From NCBI GenBank assembly GCA_002269645.1, contig NIVC01002562.1, positions 1-42,561 on the forward strand: a stretch of 42,561 bases of DNA, given 5' to 3'. The notes beneath the pieces were generated by a model. That model did no database searches. It had not been told where the DNA came from and saw nothing but the letters and a program-made list of their open reading frames with translations. Shown in pieces: positions 22,371 to 31,853 of this stretch. Both the position numbers and the translations under genes were made by a program. Origin of the DNA: Macrostomum lignano. Lineage: Eukaryota. Position 1 is the stretch's first letter, and each line of letters begins with the position of its first letter.

Positions 22371-23272
22371 GAAGATGTTTGCATTAAAGTAAACTATAAT
22401 AAATTATAATTTTTAGCATATTTTAAATAAAATAGTAAGTGTTAAATAAGTATCAATCAGTGGCATTGCCACAATTCTTATCTACTCATAGAGGGCAGAG
22501 GCTATAACATTCTTAGTTAATTTTAATTATAATAATCTGGCATTATAAACTATTTTTGTTAGCAAGATAAGATAATGATATACCTAGGATTTTCTATTGG
22601 GAGGTTAGTATAAATATAATATTAGTACAATACAATCAATAAGGCCAGTAAGATTTAGTTCATCAAGAGTAAGCTTAGAATATGAGATAAAATGAGATGA
22701 GAATCGAAAGACTAACTCCTTTTGCTTTTATAGTTTGATATAGCTGTCAGTTATTTGTTGTTATTTCATTGACTTGACAATTGGTCAAAGGTATTTAGGC
22801 AGGCTAATAAAACTTAGAATAGAAAATGGTACTTAGCCTGGTAGCTGCTGCACTACAAGCCTCCATCATCCCCCTAGGCAATTAAGGAGGAGGGGTGAGT
22901 GGATGGCCCCTGCTCCTTCCACATATACCACTAGGATAAAAGTCATATTTCCTAGTCGCAAAAATGAATAGACAGTAATATTAGTACTATATACAATATA
23001 TTAGCACTAATTTAACATTGCAAACAAAATTTTAGCATTCAATTTAGTGTTCTAGACTAGATAAGTTTTTAGGCATTTAGCACTAATTCAATAATGTAGA
23101 AAAGTTTTTTGAATAATAAAAGCATGTTTCTATCACACTTTTTGTTGATAATTGCAAAATTAAAAAGATTAATCCTACATGGATATGCTACTACAATGAA
23201 TAATTTGTTGTTCTAAGTAATGACTTTCTTATCCTAGTCAGGATGAGCTATACATGGGAATACAAGATAGAT

Positions 23273-23610
23273 GAAACTCAACCTTGGGGGCAGACCCAAT
23301 CTAGCTCAGCCAATGAGAGAGTAGTAAGGAGAGAGGTCAAAGATGGACGAAACTCAGCCTAGGGGTAGACCTAATCTAGCTTAGCCAATTAGAGAGCAAT
23401 AAGGTCAAAGTCAGACAGACGAAACTCAGCCTAGGGGCAGGCCCAATCTAGCTCAGCCAATGAGAGAGCAGTAAGGAGAGAGGTCAAAGATGGACGAAAC
23501 TCAGCCTAGGGGTAGACCTAATCTAGCTTAGCCAATTAGAGAGCAATAAGGTCAAAGTCAGACAGACGAAACTCAGCCTAGGGGCAGGCCCAATCTAGCT
23601 CAGCCAATGG
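23273..23610. repeat. Dimeric higher-order tandem repeat with alternating 75/76-bp and 72-bp monomers (dimer 147-148 bp)
   Basis: GAAACTCA starts at 23273, 23349, 23421, 23496 and 23568. Confidence 0.93.
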
Positions 23611-24772
23611 AAAGCCAAACTGTTTATTGGCCTGGCTGCGGGCTGGGGTGCCACCTCTTTTCTCTCTTGCTGGCTATGCACACGAACTGAATTTGGGATT
23701 TTTCAAGCTTTTCTACGAGTCTTACAAAATTCAGCCTCAAATTGGTTTCTTTATTAAGTAATTTCGAGTCTTAGGCGGTCTGGAGTTTGTTAAACAGGAT
23801 GAAGAATGAAGATACTGATTTAAAACCAGAAGCGACTAGCAGCTTCAAAAAGTTTATCTTGTAAAAATTGATGCATTTTAGATTTACTACTACTGTAAAG
23901 GCAAAAATTGCTAACTTTACTACTTACGAAGAGTAGACAAACGCATTTTTGTGTGCGAACTCTACCATTAGTTATTCTAGTATCTGTTTGACGAAGCAGC
24001 AAAATAGAAAAAAAATTGATCCAAGTCAATTTTAGCTACAGTTTTGAATCTGCATTGGCTTAAATTTCTATAATTTCTTATGCAAATTAATATTGAATTT
24101 CGTCTGAGGATGGTTGACAAATTCTCGGAGACAATTCTATTTCTGGACAAAGTACCTTTTCAAATAGAGAAATCATGTTCAATCTCAGCTCGAATTTAGC
24201 GGTTTTGCAGCCAGCATGGCTTTCGTGCTTAATCAGTCAGGTTGTGTTATTTTGTTTTTCTAGCACTCAATTTTTGCACTTAACTGTAGACTCACTCCTG
24301 ATCGAAGTGGCAAATGAAAATGAATTGTTTTGCTTTCATTATTGTTGGCTGTAAAATTAATTTTAAATTGAAGTGACTGTCAATGCCAAAGATTAATGCT
24401 AAGCTTTTATCTTTTAATTATCCATTTTTTTAGTTGAAACAAACTTTCAGAGCAAAAATGCTTTTCAATTAATCGTAGAAACTAAGGAGCCAAGTTAGAG
24501 ATGTTCGAGAAATGAGAATGTTAGTAGAATACGAATTTCGGCCAAAATTAAAAACAGAACAGAACTCCTGTAAGGTGCGATAGTTTGTTGACATGTCTAA
24601 GAGATTTCTGAGAACTAATCAGAATTTAATAAGGAGATGAGATCTCAGAGCTAAGTAGACTGAGCAAAAGCTCGCGACAAAGAGACTCATCTCTGCACAA
24701 ACACCGGCCGTGGAGCTTACTTTTTTACCAAAACTGAGAACTTACCTATAACAAAAAAATTACAAAATTGTA

Positions 24773-24834
24773 GGTAAACAGCAGGAGTAACTCATCTTTA
24801 TTTTTTAGCCTAAATGCCTCGTCATCTAATTAGT
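24773..24834 (+). rRNA. Isolated, non-functional 28S (LSU) rRNA fragment spanning the R2 retrotransposon target region, with the central site replaced
   Basis: 24812-24834 AAATGCCTCGTCATCTAATTAGT is an exact 23-nt match to conserved eukaryotic 28S as recalled. 24773-24792 GGTAAACAGCAGGAGTAACT matches GGTAAACGGCGGGAGTAACT at 18/20. Flanks are not rDNA. Confidence 0.8.
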
Positions 24835-25045
24835 ACTCCGTCCGTACTTTTTCGGGTAGGCAGGATCGACCGGGTGTTGTGCAGAGTCTGCAAGATCCCC
24901 AAAAGTTAAGTTTATGACAGGTATTAATCATACTGACCCTAGTATGAGTTCTAGGTTTTTTTACTCACATTTTATATTCTTAGGTTTTGCTCAACTTAAT
25001 TCTTTCGGTTTCTCCTCAGAATTAGCATCAATCATCATTGATTTC

Positions 25046-26954
25046 ATGCCGCCTCCTACAGATCAGCTGTCTGAGTTTCTATCGGCGGTTCCCGCCGACG
25101 ATTCCCGCTTAGCAGACGCGGCCGCTTTCATCTCCCAACTTCCCGCCGATGCTCGGGTTGCCCTGGTGACGTCGGGCGGCACCAAAGTGCCTTTGGAAGC
25201 TCAGACGGTGCGTTTTATCGACAATTTCAGCGTTGGCAGTCGGGGCGCCCTGTCTGGTGAAGCGTTTCTGAGGCGCGGCTATGCGACCATTTTTCTGCAC
25301 CGCCAGGGCTCCATGCTGCCGTTTGCGCACCGGCTGCCTCCGGCAGAGCAGCTGCTGGGTCGATTGCTGGTCCCCGATAGTCAGGTTGGCGGGCTTGTCT
25401 ATGGCTTTGTTTCGGTTGTCTATGGCTTTTTTCGGTTGTCTATGGTTTTGTTTCGGTTGTCTATGGCTTTGTTTCGGTTGTCTATGGTTTTGTTTCGGTT
25501 GTCTATGGCTTTGTTTCGGTTGTCTATGGCTTTGTTTCGGTTGTCTATGGCTTTGTTTCGGTTGTCTATGGTTTTGTTTCCGTTGTCTATGGTTTTGTTT
25601 CGGTTGTCTATGGCTTTGTTTCGGTTGTCTATGGCTTTGTTTCGGTTGTCTATGGTTTTGTTTCGGTTGTCTATGGTTTTGTTTCGGTTGTCTATGGTTT
25701 TGTTTCGGTTGTCTATGGATTTGTTTCTGTTGTTTATAACTTTGTTTCGGTTGTCAATGACTTTGTGATGGGGTTGTCTATGGCTTTGAGCCGTTGTTGC
25801 TGGCTTTGGGGCGTTATGCTACGTTTGTCTGGTCACCCACCCATCTCCCGCACAGGTCGGCGTGGCATTCCAACCCGATTACCGGCCGGAGATCGCCAGT
25901 CTATTGAAAGAGTACCGTCAATTAGCTGGACCGAATCACCTGCTGCTGGTGCCGTATGTCACTGTGCAGGAGTACCTCAGCCTGCTGCACCGGCTGGCCG
26001 AACTGCTGGCACCCCTGTCCGGCCGGGTCCTGCTCTACCTGGCCGCCGCCGTGTCGGACTTCTACGTGCCGTTTGGCAGCCTGCCGGAGCACAAGATCCA
26101 ATCCTCGGCTGGTGAGCCCAGCATCCGGCTGCATCTGGTGCCGAAACTGCTGGGCAACCTGGTTAGGGAGACTCTGCCGGGGAGTCTCGTGTAAGCGGTT
26201 TCTTGGAAATGTCTTTAAAATTGGAGCCAGATGGTTCTTTTTAGAAGCGGATATCAAACTTGTCTGAAGTATTTATGTTTATGAACTTATAGCTTCTTGG
26301 AAAATTGAAAACAACACGTTAGAAAATTTTTATTTTTTGTTTTGTTAAAAAAATCACAAAGATAATGATGCCTGGGAAATGTTTTCTTTTTCTCTTTGAA
26401 CAGACAGTGGAGGCGCGTTTCTTAGAAAATATTAGCCTTATAGAGTTATTTTACATATACTCGTTTTTATTCATTCTAGTAAAATGTACGTAAAACCGAA
26501 TTTGAAATTGTGTTTCTAAGAAATCGCGACTTCACTGTAAATCTTTGATTTCCATTAAAGCTCTCCCAAGCAAATTTCTTAGGAATCGCCATTGGGGGAT
26601 AAAACTTTGCTTTTTCTTAGGAAATCTATCTCGAAGGATTAAAGAAGTTTAATTCCTAGAAAAGCACAGCTTGACCTAATTGATTTTAAACTGGCCGAAA
26701 AACCTTCCGTGCAGGTGACGTTTAAACTGGAAACAGACGAGCGCTTGCTCAAAGGCAAAGCGAAAGGCGCCCTGGCTAATTACGGGCATCACGTGGTTGT
26801 AGCGAATTTATTGCAGAGCCGGCGGGAGATTGTGTGGCTCTACTGCCGCGGCGGCGACTGCAGGACTGTGCGCCGAGACGGGGCAGACGAGATTGAAGGA
26901 GACATTGTTGACTTTTTAGCCGATTATCATTGCAAGCACTTTTTCAAAAATTGA
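25046..26954 (+). CDS. PPCS: Phosphopantothenate-cysteine ligase (eukaryotic monofunctional CoaB), 3 exons, about 303 aa
   Basis: Exons 25046-25384, 25856-26188 (or 26190) and 26715-26954. Motifs [66 protein letters not shown] and VVANLL. Confidence 0.93.
25397..25735. repeat. Minisatellite, 21-bp unit GTTGTCTATGG(C/T)TTTGTTTCG, in PPCS intron 1
   Basis: 7-aa FRLSMAL repeat in the ORF track. Confidence 0.96.
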
Positions 26955-26989
26955 TCTTTCTGTTTCACTGCGTCTATTTGGGCTTTTGC

Positions 26990-27440
26990 AGGAGGTCGCT
27001 GGAGGGTTATCAGGGGTGTCGCTGGAGGGTTATCAGGGGTGTCGCTGGAGGGTTATCAGGGGTGTCGCTGGAGGGTTTTCAGGGGTGTCGCTGGAGGGTT
27101 ATCAGGGATGTCGCTGGAGGGTTATCAGGGGTGTCGCTGGAGGGTTATCAGGGGTGTCGCTGGAGGGTTATCAGGGATGTCGCTGGAGGTTTTTCAGGGG
27201 TGTCGCTGGAGGGTTTTCAGAAGTGTGGCTGGAGGGTTTTCAGGGGTGTCGCTGGAGGGTTTTCAGGGGTGTCGCTGGAGGGTTTTCAGGGGTGTCGCTG
27301 GAGGATTATCAGGGGTGTCGCTGGAGGGTTATCAGGGATGTCGCTGGAGGTTTTTCAGGGGTGTCGCTGGAGGGTTATCAGGAGGTCGCTGGAGGGTTAT
27401 CAGGAGGTCGCTGGAGGGTTATCAGGGGTGACGCTGGAGG
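26990..27440. repeat. Minisatellite, 23-bp unit GTCGCTGGAGGGTT(A/T)TCAGGGGT, just 3' of PPCS
   Basis: Period 23 (27001, 27024). Confidence 0.96.
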
Positions 27441-27844
27441 GACATTCTCCAACGGCATCCTGCTATCATCTTTTTTAAATGATGTCATATAATATAATTA
27501 AGGTTTTGTATGAAATCCCGAACTGAAATCAGCTGTTGAAACATGAATAAAAGCAGCACAATAGCTGACTGACTTCTCGTTCTGTAATTACAAATGTCGT
27601 CACAGTCGCCAAATCTGAGGCGGAACAAAAACTTTTAATTAATATTCTTGCAGTTCATTTTCTTATTCATTTCATTTATGCTGATCTGACATTTTTTTAG
27701 CTATTCAGCGGATTAAGTTATAAGCTGCTTTAAATCTATTCAATTTGCGACGTTTATCTTCAGTTGTCTATTTTTAACTCTTCTTTGTTTCTGAATAACA
27801 CTTAAAGTTACGCTACAGAACAGGCCTCAAACTGGCCACTATTC

Positions 27845-28525
27845 CCAGTGTACACTGACCCCACTCTTCCCCAGTGTACACTCGCGCCCGTCCCCCTCCT
27901 CACGCACATAAACCCCACTCTGCCCCAGTTTACACGCACTCCCCGTCCCACCCCCAATGTACACAGACTCACTCTACCCCAGTGTACACTCACCCCCGTC
28001 CTGACCCCGATGTACACAGACTTCACTCTAACCCAGTGTACACTCAAGCCCCGTCCCCGTCCTCATGCACATAGACCCCACTCTACCCTAGTGTACACTC
28101 ACGCCCCGTCCTACCCCAATGTACACAGACTTCACTCTACCCTAGTGTACACTCACGCCTCGTCCTACCCCCAATGTACACAGACTCACTCTACCCTAGT
28201 GTACACTCGCCCTAGTCCTACCCCCAATGTACGCAGACTCACTCTACCCTAGTGTACACTCGCGCCTAGTCCTACCCCAATGTACACAGACTCACTCTAC
28301 CCTAGTGTACACTCACGCCTCGTCCTACCCCCAATGTACACAGACTCACTCTACCCTAGTGTACACTCGCCCTAGTCCTACCCCCAATGTACGCAGACTC
28401 ACTCTACCCTAGTGTACACTCGCGCCTAGTCCTACCCCAATGTACACAGACTCACTCTACCCTAGTGTACACTCGCGCCTAGTCCTACCCCCAATGAACA
28501 CAGACTCCACTCTATCCCCGTGTAT
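27845..28525. repeat. Minisatellite with 53/54-bp period containing GTGTACAC and TGTACA palindromes
   Basis: AATG anchor at 28173, 28226, 28279, 28333, 28386, 28439 and 28493. Confidence 0.94.
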
Positions 28526-28990
28526 ACTCATCCTATTCTGCTCTTAGTTTGCACGCTCGTTACTTATGTTGCTCGTTACTCGTTACAGCACGGTACTCAC
28601 TCCCCCGTAATCTCCCTAGCCCTTCCCCCCCCCCTACAATATCTACGTTCGAGATTAAAAGCATGAACACCTAAACTCATTAAGTTGAAAGGCAATAATC
28701 GCATTTGGGATTCAACTGTTATTCGGGAACGCATCCGTTTCGCTTTAAAACCGTGTAAACATTTTGCAGAAATAAATTTTTTAAAGCAGCTAGCTGCCGT
28801 TTTTCATCAAATATGTTTCATCAATTTAGTGATTTAATTTTCTTCTTCAAATTATGAGTTCAAAAACATGTTTTTTATTATGAAAAACAGCAGATGCTCT
28901 GCTTGTGTGTGAGCGTGTCTAAGCCAAAATTTTTCTGTTTCACTGCGATCCAACCGACTGGACTCTGCTGGAGACAGCTCTAAAAGGCCC

Positions 28991-29190
28991 CCAGCTACAG
29001 GTGCACAGCTTCCAGCTAACACAGTCCCAGCTACAGGTGCACAGCTTCCAGCTAACACAGTCCCAGCTACAGGTGCACAGCTTCCAGCTAACGCAGTCCC
29101 AGCTACAGGTGCGCAGATTCCAGCTAACACAGTCCCAGCTACAGGTGCGCAGCTTCTAGCTAACACAGTCCCAGCTACAGGTGCACAGCT
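28991..29190. repeat. 36-bp tandem repeat CCAGCTACAGGTGCACAGCTTCCAGCTAACACAGTC, about 5.5 copies
   Basis: 12-aa repeat in minus-strand ORF 28852-29211. Confidence 0.94.
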
Positions 29191-29484
29191 TTCAATATAT
29201 TTACACTCCAAAAGCTAAAAATATGAAAAATAATAAACAAACCAGTAACTTAGGCTTATTGTGCATCAATTAGCTGCTCTGTCGGGGTACTCAATTTATA
29301 ATAAAAGCGGCTCTAAACTGGCTTTGCTAGGTGTGACAAAAAAGGCTAATTACTACCATTGGCATTTTTATTGCCATGAATAGGGCCTTGTTTATTGCCC
29401 CTGAGCCCTGACACTCTGATCAGCTTTAAGTGTGTTGAAATATTGTCTGCCCTTTTCAAAAGCTAAAACTGCGCCAACCCTCTG

Positions 29485-29563
29485 ACAGATAGACAGATAG
29501 ATAGATAGACAGATAGATAGATAGATAGATATATAGATAGATAGATTAGATAGATAGATAGAC

Positions 29564-29606
<43 letters not shown>

Positions 29607-29613
29607 CAGATAT

Positions 29614-29645
<32 letters not shown>

Positions 29646-29760
29646 ATAGACAGATAAATAGACAGATAGATATATAGATTAGATAGATAGATAGACAGAT
29701 AGATAGACAGATAGATAGATAGATAGATAGATAGACAGATAGATAGATAGATAGATAGAC

Positions 29761-29815
<55 letters not shown>

Positions 29816-29816
29816 C

Positions 29817-29883
<67 letters not shown>

Positions 29884-29912
29884 CAGATAGATAGATAGAT
29901 AGATAGATAGAC

Positions 29913-29967
<55 letters not shown>

Positions 29968-30144
29968 CAGATAGACAGATAGACAGATAGATAGATAGAT
30001 AGACAGATAGATAGATAGACAGATAGATAGATAGATAGATAGACAGATAGATAGATAGATAGATAGACAGATAGATAGATAGACAGATAGATAGATAGAC
30101 AGATAGACAGATAGACAGATAAATAGATAGATAGATAGATAGAC

Positions 30145-30187
<43 letters not shown>

Positions 30188-30194
30188 CAGATAT

Positions 30195-30226
<32 letters not shown>

Positions 30227-30361
30227 ATAGACAGATAAATAGACAGATAGATAGATAGACAGATAGACAGATAGACAGATAAATAGACAGATAGATAGAT
30301 AGATAGATAGACAGATAGACAGATAAATAGATAGATAGATAGATAGACAGATAGATAGATA
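29485..30361. repeat. (TAGA)n/(CAGA)n microsatellite, about 880 bp
   Basis: Direct inspection. Confidence 0.98.
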
Positions 30362-31179
30362 CTATGTAATCCTTGATCGAATGCAGCTAAGTAGCCCATT
30401 AGCTACTCATCTCAACAGTAATTTATGACCTGCTCCATCAGAGCTACTCTGATCCGGTCTGGTGATTGATGGAATCGCTCCAGCCCACCGCTTCTGCCGC
30501 GAGTTGCACCTCGCTGTTTCTTCTTAAATGCCAGGCTCCGGCTCGCAAGCCGAAGTTGATCCGCCGTGCACTTTGAAGGATTCCTTTGGCATTCCATTTA
30601 GCCAATGCGTCTCATTCCTGATCTCAATAAGAAGCTTAATAAGCATAATAAGGTCTGCTGCTGCTAATGCAGGATGAATTATCGTCTATTTTTATTTTTC
30701 GTCAAGTTCACTCCGCAGCCGTATACTTGCGCATTGATTTGGGATCCGCGTACCAGAGCGCTGGCTTAGTTAGGGAAAATCTGGGCCGGAGCCGATGCAA
30801 ATTTGGTCATGCTTTTCGCTCCCACTGCGCCCTCTTATAAGATGGACTTATACTCATAATGCCCGTTTAGTTCGCGCTGAAGTTTCATTTTTAATGACGA
30901 AAAGATAAGGGCGTGTTACAGTATTTGCGCGACCGTGATGGAGTCGAAGATTAGTCTTTAATCAGTTTTTATCTTATAAATGTAGTGTAGCACTCAGGCA
31001 GCTCATATAGTAGGATGTAGGATGTAGGATTTGTGCTGTGGCTGTCAATCAAGTCATAAATTTCTGAGTCGAATAAGCATGCGTTGCAAATTTCAACTAG
31101 CTGAGAAATGGGGTTGAATAACGCTGTTTGGTGAAGGATGCTAGTTTGCAGCTGTAAACTACCTGCCGTTAAATGAGGT

Positions 31180-31745
31180 GGTGGGCGTCACTTGCTAATG
31201 TGCGGCAGTGGATATGGGGTTGTGGGCGTCACTAGCTAATGTGCGGCTGTGGATATGGGGTTGTGGGCGTCACTAGCTAATGTGCGGCTGTGGATATGGG
31301 GTTGTGGGCGTCACTAGCTAATGTGCGGCTGTGGATATGGGGTGGTGGGCGTCACTAGCTAATGTGCGGCTGTGGATATGGGGTGGTGGGCGTCACTAGC
31401 TAATGTGCGGCTGTGGATATGGGGTGGTGGGCGTCACTAGCTAATATATGGCTGTGGAAATGGGGTGGTGGGCATCACTAGGTAATATGGCTGTGGAAAT
31501 GAGGTGGTGGGCATCACTAGGTAATATGGCTGTGGAAATGAGGTGGTGGGCACCACTAGGTAATATGGCTGTGGAAATGAGGTGGTGGGCATCACTAGGT
31601 AATATGGCTGTGGAAATGAGGTGGTGGGCGTCACTAGCCAATGTGCGGGTGTGAAAATGGGGTGGTGGGTGTCACTAGCTAATAAATGTCTGTGAAAATG
31701 AGGTGGTGGGTGTCACTAGCTAATGTGCGGGTGTGAAAATGGGGA
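31180..31745. repeat. Compound minisatellite: 41-bp units followed by related 39-bp units
   Basis: 41-bp period at 31226/31267; 13-aa repeat ORFs in the second half. Confidence 0.93.
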
Positions 31746-31853
31746 GTTTTGCGGCACTATGGGATTTGTGCCACGTAACAACTACTAACCAAATCTTGTA
31801 TCGCATCTGTGCTAGTCTTTTGTCTTTAACTCTTAAGAATTCGCCGTTCAAAA

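Noticed and set aside
24914-25045. N-terminal extension of PPCS from the upstream ATG
   Set aside because: AT-rich, intron-like sequence ending in an acceptor-like CCTCAG; family similarity begins after the ATG at 25046.
30412-30597. 61-aa ORF and neighbouring frames as an exon
   Set aside because: No motif, no consistent splice phase and no codon bias.
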